Positions 33,588-41,821 of a stretch of DNA of 64,000 nt are shown piece by piece. The notes under the pieces were generated by a model. It searched no databases. It had not been told where the DNA came from and saw only the letters and a program-made list of their open reading frames with translations. Origin of the DNA: Bacilli bacterium (GTDB lineage: Bacteria > Bacillota_I > Bacilli_A > RFN20 > CAG-826). The DNA lies in NCBI GenBank assembly GCA_045130875.1, contig JBGUQI010000022.1:22125-86124 (forward strand). Reading direction: 5' to 3'. A program made the position numbers and the translations under genes. Every line of letters begins with the position of its first letter. Positions within the stretch are counted from its first letter, which is position 1.

Positions 33588-34448
33588 TTAATCTTTTTGA
33601 TATAAGAACTTCAAAGCATGAGGCAAATACTTCGCCCAAGCTTTTTCATGATGTTTTTGCTTGAGATCCACTTTGAGTTTTATCTTATTATCAAAGCCTT
33701 TACTTTGTAAATATTCATATGTTTTTATCGTCGGTTCAGTAAATAGACTCTCAAATTCCTTTCCTCCGACATAGAGGAATAACTTCCCATTCTTGTTGGG
33801 ATTAATATCGTATTCATCGATAATCTTTTTCCATCTTTCATCTTCATAGAAGAAAAATGCCGGAGAGAAAGATAATGAACCACCGAATACTTCGGGTTTA
33901 TAGATATAAGCATAGAAAGACATAATTCCTCCCATTGAGGAACCACCGATATAGGTGTTATCTCTATCACTTAATGTATAGAATAATTTATCTATAATAG
34001 GTTTTATATTATTAATAATATAGTCTATATATTTATCCACATGAGGTTTAATAGGTTTACCTATATCCTCTAACACTTCTTTCCTAGGCATATATGGAGG
34101 ACATAATTCACTAGTTCTCTCCGTAGGATCTTTCGGGCAATCAATACCCACTGCGATGATGTCTTTTTTTATTTCATGACAGACCTTATCGAATTCCCAT
34201 TCTCCAAATGCGGATAGATATCTATCGACGAGGTTTTGTCCATCGGACATATAGATAACGGGAAATCTCTTATTTGGATTATTAAAGTCATATCCTTCCG
34301 GTAACCACACTCTCACCATTCTTTTCTTTTCATTAGAAAAAGGGAGGATGAATTCCGCGTAATAATATGTACCATATTTCATTGTCGTGGGTTCATGTAA
34401 AAACCTTTTAAATTGTCCGATTATATCGGGAATGATGACTTTCTCCAT
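33588..34448 (-). CDS. alpha/beta hydrolase (putative esterase family)
   Basis: 286 aa. Nucleophile elbow GGSSMGG. Confidence 0.7.
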   Translation of the reverse strand: MEKVIIPDIIGQFKRFLHEPTTMKYGTYYYAEFILPFSNEKKRMVRVWLPEGYDFNNPNKRFPVIYMSDGQNLVDRYLSAFGEWEFDKVCHEIKKDIIAVGIDCPKDPTERTSELCPPYMPRKEVLEDIGKPIKPHVDKYIDYIINNIKPIIDKLFYTLSDRDNTYIGGSSMGGIMSFYAYIYKPEVFGGSLSFSPAFFFYEDERWKKIIDEYDINPNKNGKLFLYVGGKEFESLFTEPTIKTYEYLQSKGFDNKIKLKVDLKQKHHEKAWAKYLPHALKFLYQKD

Positions 34449-34535
34449 ACAATAGTTCTCTTTTATTTAATATAAATAATATCAAAATATGATGAGAGGT
34501 TGTATAATGAAAAAAAGAATATAGGGAGGATTTTT

Positions 34536-36479
34536 ATGAAAAAATCTATAGCAACCTCTTTATTATTGCTTGTAATGTCCGCTGGTATGCTCGTGGGCTG
34601 CAATAATAAAAAAGAGCCATCTCAAACCATCATCTCTTTAGAAGATGGAGAACTAGTTTTAAGTAATGAACCCACAAGTGATGGATTAGTTTATGAAAGA
34701 GATTTAGATGGAGAAGGTTTCTCAATCAAAGATTATGTCGGTAACTCCACTAACGTAGTTATCCCCAAGAAATTTGAAGGAAAACCAGTTAAGAGAATTC
34801 AATCTTTTGCGTTCCAACACAAATATCTCCAAGTCTTAACTATTCCTGATACTGTGGAAGTCATCGAAGACTATGCCTTCATTGAAAATGATGAATTCAA
34901 CACCATCAAAGTGTCTGGTAAGCACTTCTTCTTAAATAAGAATGCTCTATATAGACATGTTGAAGGAGAAAAGAAACAGAAGACATTAGTCTATGTCACT
35001 CCTCAATTAACCGGGCAATTCATCGTTGATGAAAATGTTGTCGGTATCACCAAGGGTGCTTTCCAATCCACAGGTTTAACCATCGTTGATTTAAATGCTG
35101 ATTTAGTGAATACCCACTTCCAGAACTTATTCGGTTTATCCGCGGAATCCATTCCCGATAACATGAAACAAGTCTGTTTAACTGGAGGTAATGTCAAAGA
35201 CTACGCTTTCACCGGTGTCAAAGCCATCTCCTCTTTAGTGGTCTATGATCCAGTGGAAACCATCGGTAACAAAGCCTTCTATAACTGCCAAGACTTAACC
35301 ACCGTCTTAATTCCTGACAGTGTCACCTCTATTGGAGAACAAGCTTTCGCTAACTGCGCTAACTTAAAAGAAATCAGAATTGGTAATACCAATGCTCCTA
35401 AATTAGCGAACTTAGGTAACGGAGCCTTTGATGGCTGCGCAAGACTTGAAGGCTATGTCAAATTAGGTATTAAATACATCGGTAACCCCCAATGTGAAAA
35501 CCTCATCGCTTTAGAAGCTAAGAACTTATTAATGGAATCTTTATCCTTTGAAGATGACACCAAATTCATCTGTTCTGAAGCTTTCAAAAACTGCGTTAAA
35601 TTAGAAAACTTAGATTTAGGTAAAGTCGTCAGCATCGGTGATAAAGCTTTCTATGGCTGTATCTCCTTAAAAAATGATGTCGTATTACCAAACTCCTTAA
35701 AGAGTTTCGGCAATAGAGTCTTCGAAGGCACCAGCGTTAAAACCGGTAACAAGATCGATGAAACTGCTACCGCCTATTACCTCAAGACCAAAGATGGCGA
35801 AAGAAAAGCCTTAATCGGTTATAAAACAAACGCCAATAATAAATTATCAATTGCCGCGGATACCGAATGGGTTGATACCTATGCAATTAATGGATCCACT
35901 GAAGCACAATTAATTCAAAAATTTGAAACCGCAAGCGATAACTTTGAAGTTTCTGATGATTTCACCGTCTTATTCGATAGCAAGATGAAAGTCATCTATG
36001 GTTCCGCTAAAGGCAAAGAAATCGACCAAGATGATGTCAAATTCGACAGTGTCGTCGAGATTAAACCTTATGGTCTTTCTAGCGCCACTATCAGTGGATT
36101 TGAAATGCCAGAGAAATTAAAGACCATCGGTGATCACGCTTTCTATGCTTTCACTGGTAAAAACTTAAACGAATTCAAATTCGTCTTACCAGAGACAGTC
36201 GTCAGTGTTGGTGATTGCGGTTTAGCCGATATGTCTGGCTTTACCGAATTAGTGCTCAATGATGGTTTATTAGTCTTAGGTAAAGAAGCCTGCGCTAATA
36301 ACTCCATGACTAATGCACTATTCTTCCCATCCTCCTTATCTTATGTCGGAGCTAATGTCTTTGCAGAAAGTTTATTCTCCGCTATTAAAGTTGCCGCCAA
36401 GAGTGCTCCTGCTTCCTGGGATCCCGCTTGGTTAGGTCCTTACCCAGCAGAGAACGTTATTTATAACGCCGTAAGATAA
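34536..36479 (+). CDS. lipoprotein with BspA-type leucine-rich repeats
   Basis: ATG at 34536 after GGGAGGA. Lipobox LVGC. Repeated IP.SV..IG..AF..C..L modules. Confidence 0.8.
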   Translation: MKKSIATSLLLLVMSAGMLVGCNNKKEPSQTIISLEDGELVLSNEPTSDGLVYERDLDGEGFSIKDYVGNSTNVVIPKKFEGKPVKRIQSFAFQHKYLQVLTIPDTVEVIEDYAFIENDEFNTIKVSGKHFFLNKNALYRHVEGEKKQKTLVYVTPQLTGQFIVDENVVGITKGAFQSTGLTIVDLNADLVNTHFQNLFGLSAESIPDNMKQVCLTGGNVKDYAFTGVKAISSLVVYDPVETIGNKAFYNCQDLTTVLIPDSVTSIGEQAFANCANLKEIRIGNTNAPKLANLGNGAFDGCARLEGYVKLGIKYIGNPQCENLIALEAKNLLMESLSFEDDTKFICSEAFKNCVKLENLDLGKVVSIGDKAFYGCISLKNDVVLPNSLKSFGNRVFEGTSVKTGNKIDETATAYYLKTKDGERKALIGYKTNANNKLSIAADTEWVDTYAINGSTEAQLIQKFETASDNFEVSDDFTVLFDSKMKVIYGSAKGKEIDQDDVKFDSVVEIKPYGLSSATISGFEMPEKLKTIGDHAFYAFTGKNLNEFKFVLPETVVSVGDCGLADMSGFTELVLNDGLLVLGKEACANNSMTNALFFPSSLSYVGANVFAESLFSAIKVAAKSAPASWDPAWLGPYPAENVIYNAVR

Positions 36480-36499
36480 AATATCATTTCAAACAAATT

Positions 36500-36520
36500 G
36501 ACCGCTTAGGCGGTCTTTTT
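36500..36520 (+). terminator. rho-independent terminator
   Basis: Stem gaccgc/gcggtc followed by a T5 run. Confidence 0.7.
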
Positions 36521-36575
36521 GAATGAAATAATGTAATTAAATTAATATAATTATGTTGTTAGTAGGAGACTATAT

Positions 36576-37763
36576 ATGAAAAAACTAATGCTATTAGGAT
36601 TAGTGATATCCTCAATGGGTCTTGTGGGATGTAATAATTCCGCAGTGGCCTCATTTAAAAATTACACTTTCCAAGATTTTCTAACAGGACAAAAAAGAGA
36701 TGAATTACTCGATAGAGTAGCAAGAAAACTTGCGGATTTAACAGCCATTAACAAAGAAACGTACAACAAAACAAAATCAGATAATAACGCCTATGAATTA
36801 AAAGGGAAAAACAAAATTGTGTTCTATGATCAAAACCACGTTCATATGGATAGTAGTTCTGATTCAATAACCACAAAAGAAGGTATCGCGGTCAAAGATA
36901 AAGACAAAAGTACCTATGATTCTTTTGATTGGGAAGAGAAAAACATCGTCTATCGAGAATCTAATGATGGAATATATTATCTAGTCAGTGAGAAAAGTGA
37001 GACATCCACTCTTAGTGATCGAATCACAACCTATTTCAAAAACTATGTCGGTGACTATACTACTTTAAGGGCCTATAAAGATGGAAATGGCTATGCTTTT
37101 GCCACTTCCACCATCACCGAAACTAGAGAAGATGTTTTAGGTGGCGACTTAACAAGAGAACACTATACAAAATCCCGTTCTCAACAAATCTTTAAAGTAA
37201 ATAGCAATTATGAATTTACTTCATGGTATTCCTATAGAGATAAAGAAACCAATAGAGACCCAGGAACCAATAGATGGTATGACAAGGCTAAAAGAATAGA
37301 AACATATTCTATGAGTGCCACATTTAAATATGGGGAAAGAGAATACGGCCAATCTATTAAAAACAATGTCGTCAGCAAATTTGAAAATGGCTATATTGAT
37401 AAGGTGACTGTCAAGGCTTCACGAGATTATGGTGATTCTGAAACTGTAGCAACAGTAATAAATCCTACCAGCCTTCATATAAGAGCAACATATCATATCG
37501 GAAATTATTACAACTATCAAGTTGATTCCGTGACTGAACAATTCACCGCCACTGTCATCAGACACTCTGCATTAACATCAGAAGCAAAAACTGATGATTA
37601 CTCTATTAAGCCAGAAGCTGATCCCAATTCCGGAATTACTATCGAAGATTCAGCTGTGACATTCCCAATTAGGAAATCATCAGATGTATTAGTGCTTGAA
37701 TTCAATGTTAATTTGAGTGATCGTAGAATCTCCATTAGTGACACCACTATTAGCATAATATAA
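36576..37763 (+). CDS. lipoprotein, unknown function
   Basis: Signal peptide with lipobox LVGC. 395 aa. Confidence 0.7.
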   Translation: MKKLMLLGLVISSMGLVGCNNSAVASFKNYTFQDFLTGQKRDELLDRVARKLADLTAINKETYNKTKSDNNAYELKGKNKIVFYDQNHVHMDSSSDSITTKEGIAVKDKDKSTYDSFDWEEKNIVYRESNDGIYYLVSEKSETSTLSDRITTYFKNYVGDYTTLRAYKDGNGYAFATSTITETREDVLGGDLTREHYTKSRSQQIFKVNSNYEFTSWYSYRDKETNRDPGTNRWYDKAKRIETYSMSATFKYGEREYGQSIKNNVVSKFENGYIDKVTVKASRDYGDSETVATVINPTSLHIRATYHIGNYYNYQVDSVTEQFTATVIRHSALTSEAKTDDYSIKPEADPNSGITIEDSAVTFPIRKSSDVLVLEFNVNLSDRRISISDTTISII

Positions 37764-37816
37764 GCCCTCTAACAAACATTTAAACAAAAACAGGATAAAT
37801 CCCTGTTTATGTAATA

Positions 37817-37851
37817 AAAGCCCTCCTAACAAGATGAAAGAGGGCTTTTTG
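37817..37851. terminator. bidirectional rho-independent terminator
   Basis: Stem aagccctc/gagggctt flanked by A- and T-runs. It lies between convergent genes. Confidence 0.7.
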
Positions 37852-37876
37852 AATATTTTTGTCAGAATATTTGAAA

Positions 37877-38725
37877 TTATTGATATTTATTGAGTTTCTT
37901 AGTCATCAATGATGTTAACACTGAAATGGTGACAATGATGACAACCATAAATAAGATGGCGAGAATTCCACCGATAATCAAACCAGAGGGAAGTTCGCTA
38001 ACTTCACCAAAGACGAAGACTTTACCACCATTTTTTGAATATGCTTTAGCATAATCAATATTTGTGGCGGCCATGAATGTTGTTAACATTGGAACAAAGC
38101 CAAAGAAGATGCCCATCACACCCACTAAGTAGCCATTGTTTTGTTTGGCGAATTTCATTAATTCGGCTTGTCCACCTTCTTTTTGCCAGGTTTTAAGATA
38201 ATAACTCTTTGGTGTTCCAACACCGGTTAATACCGCGTTTAAAACAAATAGTATCCAACCAAAGATAAAGCAGATGAGACCCATAATACCATTGAGGTTA
38301 TCCCCAGGGCATATGGAATAATTACCCGCTAACTGTTTGATACCAAAAATAGAAAAAGCGGAGAAAGTATGGGGGAATGTATATCCCACAGAATCAAATA
38401 TCGCTTGTCCTTGACTAGAAACTTTAATTCCGTTAAACATACCCACAGGGATTAATAAACACACCAGGAAAGGAATGATATAGGCTAAATTAATAAAATT
38501 AAAGAATCTCTTTCTTCTACTGACAGTATAGATATCTCTAAATCTCTCATTATTCTCCATGAGATATTTAAATTTTTCACTATCCGATAAGTTATTATTC
38601 TCTAAAGGATCTTGCTTATATTCACTCATTGGCTCGGGTTTGGTATCTTCTTGTTTAGCACCACACTTTGTGCAAAAAGAAGCATCATCATTGAGCTCAG
38701 TGCCACATTTAGGACAAAACTTCAT
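37877..38725 (-). CDS. zinc-ribbon N-terminal polytopic membrane protein
   Basis: Start MKFCPKCGTEL..CTKCGAKQ at 38725 after AAGGAGGA. About 5 TM helices. Confidence 0.65.
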   Translation of the reverse strand: MKFCPKCGTELNDDASFCTKCGAKQEDTKPEPMSEYKQDPLENNNLSDSEKFKYLMENNERFRDIYTVSRRKRFFNFINLAYIIPFLVCLLIPVGMFNGIKVSSQGQAIFDSVGYTFPHTFSAFSIFGIKQLAGNYSICPGDNLNGIMGLICFIFGWILFVLNAVLTGVGTPKSYYLKTWQKEGGQAELMKFAKQNNGYLVGVMGIFFGFVPMLTTFMAATNIDYAKAYSKNGGKVFVFGEVSELPSGLIIGGILAILFMVVIIVTISVLTSLMTKKLNKYQ

Positions 38726-38830
38726 ATGATTGTCCTCCTTATTAATTGTCGTTACTCTCATTGTAGAGAAAATAAAATAATAATCAATATAAATGCTACG
38801 ATAAAATCTAAGTTTTTACTTTTATATATA

Positions 38831-38860
38831 AAAAAGCCCATGTGTTTTTTCACATGGACC
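38831..38860 (-). terminator. rho-independent terminator
   Basis: Stem ccatgtg/cacatgg followed by a T-run on the minus strand. Confidence 0.65.
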
Positions 38861-38877
38861 TTTTAATTAAGATTTAA

Positions 38878-41631
38878 TTATCTTTCTTGTTTCTTTTTGC
38901 GGAGTAAGAAGTAAACTCCAATAACACTGACACTGACTAACGCCATTGCGGTAATAACAACCACGATAGCGGTACTATTGTTATTAACAAATGGATTGAT
39001 AACATTTGTGGCAGGAGTAATGGTTCTAGCCATAAAGTTATAAGCCTCTAAATCAGCGGATTGCAATTGAGTGTTATATTTGGTAGCGATAAAGTCATAT
39101 AACGCTAAAGCTTTTTGAATGTTGTCACCATTTTCACTAGCCACACCATTAGAGAATAAAGCTTTGTCTTCATCACTTAAATCAGCAAATTCTTCCGCTA
39201 ACATCGCCCAAGCGGTCTTTAAATCTGATAAGGAAGTTTGGACTTCACCAGCTTGGTTGACTTGGCAGACAGGATTTGTGCCTGTAGATAATAAATCTAA
39301 GAATAAATCAGCATAATCAGAAGCGGCTTCAGATTGTGATTCGACAACTGAGATATATGCTCTAGCAGAAGCCATGACACCATCATAGGATAATCTCATT
39401 CTCTTCATACCAAGAGCGAATCTAAATGTATCAACATCTTCAATTAAGACATCGTTAGATCCATCATCAGAATTATTGTAATACCACACTAATTTGGATG
39501 AATCGAAAGCAGTATCAGTATCTAAAATCACACTATCATCACTTAATGTAACTTTGATAGCGCCAGCTGGCCACACCAAGGAAGCACCAGCTACAAATTG
39601 CACTCTATTGTCTTTAGAATTCTCTAAGCCATTACGCATATCAACAGCGGTTGCCACTGGAGCAGTTGCTTTAACTGTTAAAGTCTTAGCTTGAGCATGA
39701 GTATCATTTGGTGTCGCGGTAATCACAGCGGTCGCACCAACTGAAGCGGTTTTAGCAATGGTAACTTTGCCATTAGCAACTGTCGCAACAGATTCATTGG
39801 AAGATGTCCATGAAATAGTCTTCTCTGAGGCATTTGAAGGATCAAATGTCACATCGATAGTTTTGTTTGAACCAACAGGGATTGGTAATTCATTGTTCAC
39901 AATATCACTATGTGATAAGGTGATGGAATTTAAGTTAACAACTTGCTGTCCTTCTTCTGCAAAGGTAATTCTCATTTGGAATTGAACATTATAAGCATTG
40001 AGAACTTCTAATCTGAAATAACGATAATCACCAGTTAGCATTCCGGATTTAGTGAAATCATACACGGCATTTGTGGTAGCTAGTGTTTGCTTGTTTGTAG
40101 ATGTAGAAATGGATTCAGTCATAGGACCATCCACGGACGCTGCAAATTCCACTGCCACTTCAACTTTTGCAGATGCGCCTGTAGGTGAGAAAATCTCTAA
40201 AGCGCTAATCTTCTTGCTGAATGCTGTGGAGTTATAGAATGCAGAACCCGCTTTACCTAATAAGACCACTTTCTTATCGGAATCAAAAGCATTATTACCG
40301 ATTGGGTTTGGCTTGGTTGAATAAGCACTGGTAGCAGGAGCAACAACATAATCCCTATTATCAGAAGCAGATAAAGTTGTTTCTGTGGTAATTGGGTTTG
40401 TATTAACAATATCATTAATACCTAAATAGGAAGGTTCAATTAATAATGTCTCGCCCAATTCTGTTGGCTCAGCAGCGGTAGCGGCGGTAACAATACCTTT
40501 TGCTTCAATAGTGGTTCCACTTTCATCGGTATGATCCGCACGAGTTAAAATCATAGTTACTTCTGAACCAATTCCAATCTTTTTGGTTAATGAGGCGGTT
40601 AAGAAATCTTGTGGATTTGTGAAGTAATATTCACCAACTCCACCATTCCAGGCAAGAGCATCGCTCTTGGAAGTGGCACCCCAAATTAAATATTCAGGTG
40701 AACCATTTTCGGTATCAGCAAGGTAGAAATTACCATATTTTGTTGCATCGGTATTTTCTCCATACCATTTAGTTACATAACCAGTAACTTGATATCTTTG
40801 TTTATAATTACCTGTTGTATCAGCGAATAACTGCGCTAAAGTGCCAGTTACTAATGCTGGTTCTTCATAAGAAGTTCCTTCTTCTAAAATGGTAACGTCA
40901 GAACCATTAACTAATTCTGGAGTACTTCCATTATAGTTTTGGAGATAACCTGTAACTTTTAATTTAGTGTCTACTAAAATCTTAGCAGCAGTTGTGGCAT
41001 CACAAGCAGCTCTAAAGGCTTGCAAATCATTAGTGCCACCTTTGGTATCAGACATCCAGAAACTAATGTTTCCGTGTTGAGCACTATAAGCAGTTTGAAT
41101 CTTGGTGACATAACCGGTAACACAATACTTATCAGTAGTTGTTGCACCACTTGCTAAACCAGAGATGACTGTCACAGCTTGAGATACTGTTGAATCGATG
41201 ACTTGAGGAGTTGAACCACCTCCAATAGTAATTTCTATTTTAGTGATTCTAGCCTGTTTGCCATTACTGCCAGATGAACAATTTGGTGACGTCCATGTAG
41301 CAGCATTTGGTTGAGCTGATGTAATTCCCCAATCACCGTCATAGGAACCAGAGAATGTAAAGGCGATATTTGTCATATCACCAACGGATGATGAGATGGT
41401 TAAATTAGCACCCTTATAAATTCTGTAATCGGTGCCATTGTTAAGAACACCATTAGAAGCAGTAAGGGTGATACCATCTTTAGGGAACGTTGTATCTGAT
41501 GAAGCGTTGAGTGTGATTGTTGTCGCAGCTTCGGCTTTAAAGGCATCTTGGTTCTTTGCTACAGCAAAACCAGCACCTAATGCCATCGCAGTTCCCAATA
41601 TTGCAGTTGTAATAAGATGGGATATTTTCAT
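38878..41631 (-). CDS. large surface protein (917 aa): signal peptide, OB-like modules, Ig-like (Big_2-like) domain, C-terminal TM anchor
   Basis: N-terminal signal with an AEA cleavage-like site. Repeated V(T)GYVTK OB-like modules. Big_2-like segment (ISWTSSNESVATV..VITATP). C-terminus NNNSTAIVVV..TM..LLRKKKQER. Confidence 0.8.
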   Translation of the reverse strand: MKISHLITTAILGTAMALGAGFAVAKNQDAFKAEAATTITLNASSDTTFPKDGITLTASNGVLNNGTDYRIYKGANLTISSSVGDMTNIAFTFSGSYDGDWGITSAQPNAATWTSPNCSSGSNGKQARITKIEITIGGGSTPQVIDSTVSQAVTVISGLASGATTTDKYCVTGYVTKIQTAYSAQHGNISFWMSDTKGGTNDLQAFRAACDATTAAKILVDTKLKVTGYLQNYNGSTPELVNGSDVTILEEGTSYEEPALVTGTLAQLFADTTGNYKQRYQVTGYVTKWYGENTDATKYGNFYLADTENGSPEYLIWGATSKSDALAWNGGVGEYYFTNPQDFLTASLTKKIGIGSEVTMILTRADHTDESGTTIEAKGIVTAATAAEPTELGETLLIEPSYLGINDIVNTNPITTETTLSASDNRDYVVAPATSAYSTKPNPIGNNAFDSDKKVVLLGKAGSAFYNSTAFSKKISALEIFSPTGASAKVEVAVEFAASVDGPMTESISTSTNKQTLATTNAVYDFTKSGMLTGDYRYFRLEVLNAYNVQFQMRITFAEEGQQVVNLNSITLSHSDIVNNELPIPVGSNKTIDVTFDPSNASEKTISWTSSNESVATVANGKVTIAKTASVGATAVITATPNDTHAQAKTLTVKATAPVATAVDMRNGLENSKDNRVQFVAGASLVWPAGAIKVTLSDDSVILDTDTAFDSSKLVWYYNNSDDGSNDVLIEDVDTFRFALGMKRMRLSYDGVMASARAYISVVESQSEAASDYADLFLDLLSTGTNPVCQVNQAGEVQTSLSDLKTAWAMLAEEFADLSDEDKALFSNGVASENGDNIQKALALYDFIATKYNTQLQSADLEAYNFMARTITPATNVINPFVNNNSTAIVVVITAMALVSVSVIGVYFLLRKKKQER

Positions 41632-41744
41632 TTTGCTAACCTCCTACAAAAATGAAAAAAATGATTATTTTATTATCACGATAAATATCATATAACAAAT
41701 ACCAATATAAATCATTTATTATTTATTAATAAAATTAACAAATA

Positions 41745-41780
41745 AAAGAAAACGCCCACATGAGGCCTCATGTGAGCGCT
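41745..41780 (-). terminator. rho-independent terminator
   Basis: 13-bp stem cgctcacatgagg/cctcatgtgggcg (one wobble pair) followed by a T-run on the minus strand. Confidence 0.8.
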
Positions 41781-41821
41781 TATATAATCAATTACTAATT
41801 AAGTAATCTAATTAATGTTGA

